Assembly: GCA_013286575.1 (NCBI GenBank)
Contig: JABDFL010000003.1
Coordinates: forward strand, 12,196 to 76,195
Origin: Candidatus Omnitrophota bacterium
Lineage (GTDB): Bacteria; Omnitrophota; Gorgyraeia; Zapsychrales; Fredricksoniimonadaceae
Length of the DNA: 64,000 nucleotides
Direction: 5' to 3'
The notes beneath the pieces are model-generated. The model made no database searches. It was not told where the DNA came from and saw only the letters and a list, made by a program, of their open reading frames with translations. How positions within the stretch are numbered: position 1 is the stretch's first letter; every line of letters begins with the position of its first letter. Made by a program: the position numbers and the translations under genes. This document shows, one piece after another, positions 55,537 through 63,140 of this stretch.

Positions 55537-57524
55537 CAAGCGTTGAATTAAATGTTGATGAAAGTAAGGAACAATTTGTTATAACTGGTGATGTTCAGCA
55601 GATAATAAAGAATCGTCGGGCTAAGTATTATTTTGTAGATTTTCTTAATGCGCAGTTTCAGGAAAATGGTCAAATTAGGATCCCGTACAATCAGGAAGAG
55701 CGAGAACAAATATTAAATAAAATCCAAGATTCTTTAGAGAAATATGGAATTAATCAAACGGATTCTTCTGAAATAAAGCAAATATTTAATGTTTTTTATA
55801 AAGAGAAAGAGAATTTTAAGCTCTTCAGTGAGAAGGCTAGAAAGATATGGTTAAATGAAGTAGATGTGGAAGAGTTTAAGTCTTTTAAGGAATCTCTTGA
55901 GATATATCTGCCCCATAGACGTTTGTATGATAAACAATTACTATCAGCTTTCCATTTAGCTTTCTCTCAGAATGCTTGTAATTTTTCTGTGCCCGGCGCA
56001 GGTAAGACTTCGGTCGTGTATGCTGCCTATGCTTATCTAAAGAATTTGCCTGTAGATCATCCCAAACATGTGAACAAATTATTAGTTATAGGCCCTTTGA
56101 GTTCTTTTGGCCCGTGGGAAGATGAATATCAAGAATGTTTTGGGAATTCTGTAAAATCAAAACGTCTTTCAGGTGGAGTTTCTCCTGAGGAACGGGCTCG
56201 ATACTTACTTTCCGTTAGCCCTATAGAGGAAGTGCCAGAACTTACTTTAATGTCTTATCAAAGTGTTTCTTACAATCTTGATAATCTAATACATTTTCTT
56301 CAACGTAAAGATATGAGAGCAATGGTTGTTCTAGATGAGGCGCATAGGATCAAGAATGTTGAGGGAGGTGTTTGGGCTTCATCAGTATTAAGTATAACTA
56401 AATACTGTAAGGCTAGGGTAGTTTTAACAGGAACCCCTGTCCCGAATGGGTATGAAGATATTTATAATTTATATGAATTTATATGGCCGAATAAAGAAAT
56501 AATAGATTTTAATATATACCAACTGAAAGATATGTCTGAAAAACGTTTTGATCACAGGGTAGAGAAATTGATAAATAATATTTCTCCTTTTTTTATTAGA
56601 ATTAAGAAAGGTGACTTAGGATTGCCTCCTATTAACGAGCATGAGCCCACATATGTGAAAATGGGTCAAGTGCAGCGAGATATTTATGATTTTATAGAGA
56701 ATCGTTATATCGGGTATTTTGAAGAAAATGAGAACGTAAACTACGTTGCTTCTGAATTAGTAAAGGCAAGATTCATTCGTTTAATGCAAGCGGCTACTAA
56801 TCCGGGTCTTTTAAAACAACCTTTAGAAACCTATTTTCGTAATCAAGGCTTAGACAACGAACTTTACATTGACGATAGTCAAATTATAGACAAAGTATTT
56901 CGTTATAAAGAACTCGAAAGAATTCCTAAGAAATTCGAGATCGTAAAAGATTTAGTGACAAAAATTTTAGGTCAGAATGAAAAAGTGATTATTTGGGGGA
57001 TTTTTATTCAGAACATTAAAGAATTACAGGTGTATTTGAAAGCACATAACATTGATTCCGAAATGTTGATTGGAGAGGTTCCCATTGAGACAGATGAAAT
57101 CGCCGAGAATATAACGACAAGAGAGAAAATCATTAGAGAGTTCCACTCTCCGAATTCGAGTTTCAAAGTGATAATAGCTAATCCGTTTGCAGTTGCAGAA
57201 TCTATTTCACTACATAAGGCTTGTCATCATGCTATATATTTGGAAAGGACTTTCAACGCCGCTAATTTTATTCAATCAAAAGATCGTATCCATCGTGTCG
57301 GTCTTCCTAAAGATGTAATCACACACTATCATTATGTTCTTTCAGAGAATTCTATTGATGATACCATTCATCAAAGTTTGATAGAGAAGGAAAGAAGGAT
57401 GGTGGAGTTAATTGAAAGTCAGGAAATACCATTGATAAGCCAGAATTTGAATTATGACATTGACCTAAAAGATGATTTGAAAGCTATAATCCGAGACTAT
57501 GTTAGAAGAACTGCTAAAGCATGA
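55533..57524 (+). CDS. SNF2-family ATPase/helicase
   Basis: This 663-aa protein has motif I 'VPGAGKTSV', II 'VVLDEAHRIKN', III 'VLTGTPVPNGYEDIYNLYEFIWP' and VI 'QSKDRIHRVGL'. Its start overlaps the upstream stop by 4 nt (ATGA). Confidence 0.9.
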   Translation: MTSVELNVDESKEQFVITGDVQQIIKNRRAKYYFVDFLNAQFQENGQIRIPYNQEEREQILNKIQDSLEKYGINQTDSSEIKQIFNVFYKEKENFKLFSEKARKIWLNEVDVEEFKSFKESLEIYLPHRRLYDKQLLSAFHLAFSQNACNFSVPGAGKTSVVYAAYAYLKNLPVDHPKHVNKLLVIGPLSSFGPWEDEYQECFGNSVKSKRLSGGVSPEERARYLLSVSPIEEVPELTLMSYQSVSYNLDNLIHFLQRKDMRAMVVLDEAHRIKNVEGGVWASSVLSITKYCKARVVLTGTPVPNGYEDIYNLYEFIWPNKEIIDFNIYQLKDMSEKRFDHRVEKLINNISPFFIRIKKGDLGLPPINEHEPTYVKMGQVQRDIYDFIENRYIGYFEENENVNYVASELVKARFIRLMQAATNPGLLKQPLETYFRNQGLDNELYIDDSQIIDKVFRYKELERIPKKFEIVKDLVTKILGQNEKVIIWGIFIQNIKELQVYLKAHNIDSEMLIGEVPIETDEIAENITTREKIIREFHSPNSSFKVIIANPFAVAESISLHKACHHAIYLERTFNAANFIQSKDRIHRVGLPKDVITHYHYVLSENSIDDTIHQSLIEKERRMVELIESQEIPLISQNLNYDIDLKDDLKAIIRDYVRRTAKA

Positions 57525-58506
57525 TAGGCTCGGAAATAAAGAAGAGTTAATTTTTTTTCTTTTCGATGGCCTCCCTTCCTTAAAACAACAATCGATCTCG
57601 GATCTCCACAAATACTGTATCTCTCACATTTTTTCGATGGCACATTCTTTCCCTGGGATCGTTAAGCTTTGTGAGTTTATTTCATTTGCTGAGGTTACTG
57701 GTGAAAAGATTAGATGTAATAAGAATTGTTTTGATGTGCAGACTTTCCAAAAACATTCTTATTTTGATCAATTTCATATGTTTGGTCATCTGGTGCTTTC
57801 TCTAGAGAAATATGGGATAATCGAAGAGATTTTTAATAAAGATAATTTAAAATTTAACACACAATCAAATAGATATTATGTATTGGATAGTAAATTTCCG
57901 TATAAGTTCTTTCCAATCAGGAATTTCTTGCTAGCAACTGGTTTTTTTGAGAGAGAAGCTGACCTAGAGAATCATCTACTTATTAGGAGAGAGTTTACAG
58001 AGCACTTCAAAACAAGCATCGTTGACAAGATTTCAAATAGAAAAAATAAGATTAAAAAAATTAGCCTTGAGCAATTGAAAAAGAGTTTGGCAAATAAAGA
58101 AAAAGCAGGTAAAGAAGCTGAACTATGGGTCTTAGAGTACGAAGGTGAGAGATTAAACGGCCATCCTGACGTAGATAAAATTTGTCTGATTCCGGATGAA
58201 TTTGTTAATGCGGGTTATGATATAGAGTCTTTTGATGATAATGATTCAATTTTTTTGGATCGTTTTATAGAAGTAAAATCATATGAAGGTGAAATGTCAT
58301 TTTATTGGTCAAAGAATGAAGTGCAGAAAGCTAAAGAGCTTGGGGAAAAATATTTTGTTTATTTAATCGATAGATCAATGATGAAGAAGGGGAGTTGTCA
58401 GCCAAAGAAATTTCAGAACCCTTACAAAAAGATATTTGAAAATGAGCTATGGATGAAGGAAACAGAAACTTGGAGGATGACGTTTATAGATAGTCCTGAC
58501 CATTAA
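57499..58506 (+). CDS. protein with a C-terminal DUF3883-like (PD-(D/E)xK-type) nuclease domain
   Basis: This 335-aa protein has a C-terminal 'GKEAELWVLEYEGERL...GYDIESFDDN....FIEVKS......YWSKNEVQKAKELGEKYFVYLI', matching the DUF3883 pattern I remember (GE..V...E......GYDI.S.....IEVK.....F.LS.NE...A....Y.LY.V). The N-terminal ~200 aa are unassigned. It overlaps the SNF2 gene by 26 nt. Confidence 0.6.
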   Translation: MLEELLKHDRLGNKEELIFFLFDGLPSLKQQSISDLHKYCISHIFSMAHSFPGIVKLCEFISFAEVTGEKIRCNKNCFDVQTFQKHSYFDQFHMFGHLVLSLEKYGIIEEIFNKDNLKFNTQSNRYYVLDSKFPYKFFPIRNFLLATGFFEREADLENHLLIRREFTEHFKTSIVDKISNRKNKIKKISLEQLKKSLANKEKAGKEAELWVLEYEGERLNGHPDVDKICLIPDEFVNAGYDIESFDDNDSIFLDRFIEVKSYEGEMSFYWSKNEVQKAKELGEKYFVYLIDRSMMKKGSCQPKKFQNPYKKIFENELWMKETETWRMTFIDSPDH

Positions 58507-58513
58507 TGAATCT

Positions 58514-58729
58514 TTAGAAGTCCAATAATTTAGCAGGGCTGATTTTTAGTGCTTTTGCAATCTTTTCGAGAGAACTAAGACGTAGGTCTGGTGGGGTTTT
58601 GCCTTCAATGCGTTGGATGTATTTATAGCTGGTCTTAGCTAATTCCGCTAGTTTTTCTTGAGTAATTCCTTCCTGTTGGCGAGCTTTCTTAATAATTCTT
58701 CCCACTTTGATGTTTATTAGGTTGTTCAT
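58514..58729 (-). CDS. XRE-family HTH transcriptional regulator
   Basis: This 71-aa protein has 'ITQEKLAELAKTSYKYIQRIEGK', the classic HTH_3 pattern. It is convergent with the defence operon, 7 nt beyond that operon's stop. Confidence 0.8.
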   Translation of the reverse strand: MNNLINIKVGRIIKKARQQEGITQEKLAELAKTSYKYIQRIEGKTPPDLRLSSLEKIAKALKISPAKLLDF

Positions 58730-58813
58730 TTACCAAATTATCACACAGCATTTTATCCTTTGACACCCCCATAATTGATGGTGTATTATTCCAACATTGA
58801 ATCGGGAGATAAT

Positions 58814-59419
58814 ATGAGAACATGCTTATTAATTATTCTTTCTGTGTGCTTGTGTGGCTGTGCAACGTCCATTGACACGTATCTTAAATCACACCCAGAG
58901 ACATCTTCAAATAGCAGAGACTGTATGGTGCAACAGAAATTATGTTTAGGGATGACAACGGAGGAGGTCGAGGCTACCTTTGGTCAACCAACAGACAATC
59001 ATTTTGACAGTATCGAAGGAGACAATCTATTTGCATACATTCTATCAACTCCTGATTCTGTGACTGGCATGTCATTCCCTGAGAGGTATTATCTTCGCTT
59101 TGTTGATAACGCATTAACTCGTATTGAAACCCAAGAGGAAGAAATAGAAAGAGATCGTCAAGAACGGGTAGGACAGTATATTCAAGAACACTCAGACCGA
59201 GTAGATGTTAAACAGTTGATGTTGGATAAAAAGATTAAAATTGGTATGACCAAAGAAGAAGTTAAATTGTCTTGGGGAGAGCCTAATAATGTAAACAGAA
59301 CGATTGCCACTAATGAAAATTCAGAACAATGGGTTTATGGTTCATTAGGGGAGTCATCTAAAATGAATTATCTTTATTTTGAGGATGCAGTGCTCGCTAG
59401 CTGGCAAGATTCACAGTAG
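58814..59419 (+). CDS. lipoprotein with two SmpA/OmlA-like motifs
   Basis: I prefer the ATG at 58814 (GGGAGA RBS). The lipobox is 'SVCLCGC'. 'LGMTTEEVEATFGQP' and 'IGMTKEEVKLSWGEP....EQWVY' are repeated motifs. Confidence 0.6.
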   Translation: MRTCLLIILSVCLCGCATSIDTYLKSHPETSSNSRDCMVQQKLCLGMTTEEVEATFGQPTDNHFDSIEGDNLFAYILSTPDSVTGMSFPERYYLRFVDNALTRIETQEEEIERDRQERVGQYIQEHSDRVDVKQLMLDKKIKIGMTKEEVKLSWGEPNNVNRTIATNENSEQWVYGSLGESSKMNYLYFEDAVLASWQDSQ

Positions 59420-59570
59420 TTTTTCAAAAAGTCCTTCCTAAACTATTTGAAATCCACACGTGCACTTTTTCTAAACCGCATTACAAAAGGCCAAATCTAA
59501 AAATATATATATCGTTCATATTTTCTGTTGTAACCAACATACTCTTTAATAAGTTAAGTGATCCAGCATT

Positions 59571-60578
59571 TTATGTGCAAAAATAGGGTAAGTCAGTTAA
59601 TTGATCTAATAATATATTAAAAATGATTCCATCATCTTTATGATCCTTATAACGGTATCTTAACTCTAATTCTTTCATGTAAAGAGGAAAAGTTAGAGGA
59701 CTAAGTCCATGAAATTTTTTTAATCGTTCCTTAGCATAGGACCAAAAGCCATTTACTTTATCTATGTGTACTTTCCCTCTGGATATTCTCTTTTTAACGG
59801 TGAGTTTATCCCATTTACTTCGGGATAAATTTTTAAATAATTGGCTATACCCATAAAACATGTATGTATCCTCGGATCGGCTTATTAGATCGGTATAGAC
59901 CAACTCACCCCGCCTAACAATTTTTGTTTCTTTGAAAGATAAGACATTATAAGGACTAAAATTATGCTTTATTTCCACATAACCGGCATCATCATCGATT
60001 GCTATTAGTGGAATAAAGGGTTTATTCTTGGGATCCCAACTAATTTTTTCTTTAGATTTAGCAAAGACATACCTTTTGTAAATACTCAACAAGTCAAAAC
60101 TCCATAGAAACTTGGGGTATTTATTAGCTCGCCAAAGATGTTTAGGGGGAAGATTGTTAAGTAGAATTAAATATCTTATGAAATTAAATGCTTTAAGTAT
60201 CGTTTTATAAGATAGAGGTATCTTTTTTGATGTGTCTAATACAGTGCTTCCTTTGGAAAATTCTTCGATAATAACCAGCCATACCTGTGCTTTTATTTTA
60301 AATCTCGATAAATTTAAATCTTTTGACCAATTAAATGTATAGGTGCATTTTTTGCAACGGAATCGACCGTCCTTTAATTGCCAAAGGGATGAACTTTTGC
60401 ATTTATCACATGTAAAGGCTGCGGGTATAAAAATATCTTTACAATCTTTACAGCGATATTGATTATTAGGTAGTTGTGTTAACCGGGGACTCTTGCATGA
60501 TCTACAAAGAATATTCTTTGATCGTTTATTTTTTAAGTATTCTGTAAAAATCCGGATTGCGTAGTTTTCGGGATACAT
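59571..60578 (-). CDS. IS1595-family (ISXO2-like) transposase-like protein
   Basis: This 335-aa protein has two N-terminal CxxC...CxxC zinc ribbons. Its C-terminal 'VHIDKVNGFWSYAKERLKKFHGLSPLTFPLYMKELELRYRYK' matches the conserved IS1595 transposase tail (..N.IEGFWSY.KRRL.KFHG......LYLKE.EFR.N.R). Candidate acidic residues are 'IAIDDD' and 'VYTD'. I found no terminal inverted repeats. Confidence 0.55.
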   Translation of the reverse strand: MYPENYAIRIFTEYLKNKRSKNILCRSCKSPRLTQLPNNQYRCKDCKDIFIPAAFTCDKCKSSSLWQLKDGRFRCKKCTYTFNWSKDLNLSRFKIKAQVWLVIIEEFSKGSTVLDTSKKIPLSYKTILKAFNFIRYLILLNNLPPKHLWRANKYPKFLWSFDLLSIYKRYVFAKSKEKISWDPKNKPFIPLIAIDDDAGYVEIKHNFSPYNVLSFKETKIVRRGELVYTDLISRSEDTYMFYGYSQLFKNLSRSKWDKLTVKKRISRGKVHIDKVNGFWSYAKERLKKFHGLSPLTFPLYMKELELRYRYKDHKDDGIIFNILLDQLTDLPYFCT

Positions 60579-60919
60579 TAATTTAATGAGCTATTGCAAT
60601 ATTTTACATAAGAAGCCAGTTGTTAGACAATAATGGTACGAATATGGCACACATTATGAAAAATGAATACTATAAATAACTGATAATAAATGACTTAAAA
60701 TATTTTAAAATCTCTTGTCGTACGAATCAATGAAATTCTCACTTATGTTAATTTGAAAGCACAAAACGACGAATTAATTTATTTTTTGCCCTTCTTGTTT
60801 CATTCCTGAGTGAAACTCCAATATAGCGGGCTAAAATTTTAATTGAAGGTGAAAATCTGAACAGATTTTTACTTGGGACTCTTTTTGTCTTTTGCAACCA
60901 TTAATAAATAGGAGTTAAT

Positions 60920-61687
60920 ATGTCTCAATTCAGTGTTGATACAAGAAAATTAGGTGAATTTTTCAAGATATGTGAATTATTCAGTACAGATCGGGATATA
61001 AAATTAGCACTGACAGTTAATCCAACAGCGATGTCTGTTTTGGTTGGATTACCTAGTGCGATCAATCCCAGCGTATTAATGAGAAGTTCTTTTGGTGGTA
61101 AATTTGAAGATTGGGGGGAGATAGGCATAGCTACATTGCTACCATTAAAGAAATTCTTATTATCTAAATCCACGCCCGAGGCAGTGTTTTTTAAAAAGGA
61201 TGAAAATAAATTGTATTGTGCATTTGATAGATCAAGGTTTTCGGTCCAATTATGTGATCCTAAGCAAATAAAAAATAAGATAGATGACCAATCGATGTTT
61301 CAAAAAGCAGTTGATGAAGCCCACAAGGGGGCGAGTTTTGTAATCAAACCTGAGTGTTTAAGAGATATTAAGAGATTTAGCGGAAGCATGGGGGCGAAGT
61401 CTTTGCTGTTATTCGGGAAAGATGGAAGTGTCTCTATAAAAATTAGCGGGTATCAACAAGAAGCCGAAATAAACGTTGATCCTACTGCTAAAATCGAAAC
61501 ACCATTTGAGATTGAACTCGGTTCAGAATTTATAACCATACTAGATAAACTAAAGAAATTTGAGATTTTAGCGAATGTTGATGTGGCTGCCCAAATCTTA
61601 TACCTAAAGCTAAATTCGAAAGAAATGAGCCTTGAATTTATTTTTAGGGCAGCTTCCAAATCTGGCAATAAATTAAGAGGGAGATAA
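60920..61687 (+). CDS. hypothetical protein (possibly sliding-clamp-like)
   Basis: This 255-aa protein has a good RBS ('aggag' at 60910-60914). The clamp idea rests only on its PCNA-like size and a 'FEIELGSEFITILDKL' segment resembling the clamp 'I.FN..YL.D.L'. This is weak evidence. Confidence 0.4.
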   Translation: MSQFSVDTRKLGEFFKICELFSTDRDIKLALTVNPTAMSVLVGLPSAINPSVLMRSSFGGKFEDWGEIGIATLLPLKKFLLSKSTPEAVFFKKDENKLYCAFDRSRFSVQLCDPKQIKNKIDDQSMFQKAVDEAHKGASFVIKPECLRDIKRFSGSMGAKSLLLFGKDGSVSIKISGYQQEAEINVDPTAKIETPFEIELGSEFITILDKLKKFEILANVDVAAQILYLKLNSKEMSLEFIFRAASKSGNKLRGR

Positions 61688-61691
61688 TAGC

Positions 61692-62063
61692 ATGAGCGAT
61701 GACAGCGTAAAACAAATGACCAGCAACTATTTTGATGCAAATCGAGGCTATTACAACAAACCACATGCCTTAATATCAATGCTTCAAGAGCGGTATTTAA
61801 CAAAATCGGAGTACTTTTTAATGGATTTCTTGTTGGCTTTTGAGAATCGTCATGTGAAAGACCCAAAAGCATCATGGTTTTGGGTTGGAGATGAATTTAT
61901 AGCCTCAACAAGAGTGCTTTCTTCAAAGACCATTGTAAAGGCAAGAATGGGACTAATAAAAAAAGGACTGATCGAGGTTAAAATGGGCTACATAGGCCAC
62001 AGAACTGAATATAAGATTCTAATTGATAAGAGCATTTATTTTAGAGGTGGTGACCCTATGTAA
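61692..62063 (+). CDS. winged-helix DNA-binding protein (replication/initiator-like)
   Basis: This 123-aa protein has 'LSSKTIVKARMGLIKKGLIEV', a wHTH recognition pattern. It sits directly upstream of a set of palindromic sites. Confidence 0.45.
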   Translation: MSDDSVKQMTSNYFDANRGYYNKPHALISMLQERYLTKSEYFLMDFLLAFENRHVKDPKASWFWVGDEFIASTRVLSSKTIVKARMGLIKKGLIEVKMGYIGHRTEYKILIDKSIYFRGGDPM

Positions 62064-62277
62064 AATTACACAGAGTTGGAGTAAAACTACACTCCTATTA
62101 ATAAGGATGGTAATAAGGAAGGACTTCCAAGTACTTCTCCATACCTTATTGGTAATGTAATTTTACATCCTTTACCTGCTCGCTCTAACCTCGCATGACC
62201 GGTATTAGTTAATTCTACTAAGAAGCAAATTATTAATAATAAGAGTGCCATCATTGTAAATTTACAGTGAACACTTT
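62059..62277. promoter_or_regulatory. four copies of a 12-bp palindromic site TGTAA-N2-TTACA
   Basis: The copies are 'tgtaaaattaca' at 62059-62070, the degenerate 'agtaaaactaca' at 62080-62091, 'tgtaattttaca' at 62156-62167 and 'tgtaaatttaca' at 62265-62276. Confidence 0.55.
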
Positions 62278-62400
62278 AAAAATTTATGGGAGGTAGGTAT
62301 GACATAACCGTTTCAGAAGGTTTGAAAAATTATAAATAATAGCACTGTGTTATATTCCCGTTCCAGTTCTTGTTGAGTGCTTCAAACAAGGAGCAATAAC

Positions 62401-62751
62401 ATGAAACAAGAAATCTGGTGGTTTCAAACAGGAGAGTACAAGGCATGTATTACGGACAGTAAGTTAAAAAGAAGGTTAGATTTTCTAAAGGATGTAGTAC
62501 TCAGGGATCATTACTTATATCAAGGTAGAAAAGCTTGGGGATATACCTTTCCAGCTAAGCTATATAACAAAATAGCCAACTTGCTTAAATTACCTCTAAA
62601 AACAAAGAATCTTAATAGAGTCCAAGCTGGTAAGCAATCTAAAGTGGCGGATGGTGTGGAGAGGTACGATCTGGCGAAGGTTGTTTCCACGGAAACGCCC
62701 CTGGACGCATCGAAAATAGCGGTAGCAAGTAAAGATACTTCCAGCATGTAA
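62401..62751 (+). CDS. hypothetical protein
   Basis: I prefer the ATG at 62401, which has an AAGGAG RBS at 62388-62393, giving 116 aa. I recognise no family. Confidence 0.5.
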   Translation: MKQEIWWFQTGEYKACITDSKLKRRLDFLKDVVLRDHYLYQGRKAWGYTFPAKLYNKIANLLKLPLKTKNLNRVQAGKQSKVADGVERYDLAKVVSTETPLDASKIAVASKDTSSM

Positions 62752-62867
62752 AATACGCTTAAATCGCTTTATATAGTAATTAACCTTCATTTTTTAATAA
62801 CAAAATAGCACCAGTTTGAGATCAAGCTCTAGTTCCAGTTGTGGTGCTCCAATTTAAGGAGCCTCAC

Positions 62868-63137
62868 ATGGAACAAAAACGATTTTTAAATGTTAAAGAA
62901 GTAGCCTTGTATCTTGGTGTCAGTCAGCACACCATAAGAGCATGGGTAAGACAATTAAATGGCATTCCTTTTTCCAGGTTCGGTAGGGCAATACGATTTG
63001 ATTTGAAGAAGATTGATCTTTGGGTGAAGACCCGAGAAGTCAATTTATCGCCGGAGAAACTGGGATTTCCATTGAAAAAGACTGGTATTTATGTACCATC
63101 CGATCCAAGACTAAGCAATTTGTCGAGGGGGGAATAA
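62868..63137 (+). CDS. excisionase / MerR-type HTH_17 DNA-binding protein
   Basis: I prefer the ATG at 62868, which has an AAGGAG RBS at 62856-62861. 'LNVKEVALYLGVSQHTIRAWVRQLNGIPFSRFGRAIRFDLKKIDLWV' is the typical Xis/AlpA-type pattern. Its stop lies 3 nt before the integrase ATG. Confidence 0.75.
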   Translation: MEQKRFLNVKEVALYLGVSQHTIRAWVRQLNGIPFSRFGRAIRFDLKKIDLWVKTREVNLSPEKLGFPLKKTGIYVPSDPRLSNLSRGE

Positions 63138-63140
63138 CAT

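Noticed and set aside
58514-58729. The XRE protein as an R-M controller (C) protein for the defence operon
   Set aside because: The size and fold would fit, but the gene is convergent with and downstream of the operon rather than preceding the effector genes. I could not identify C-box-like repeats upstream of it, so I leave it as a generic regulator.
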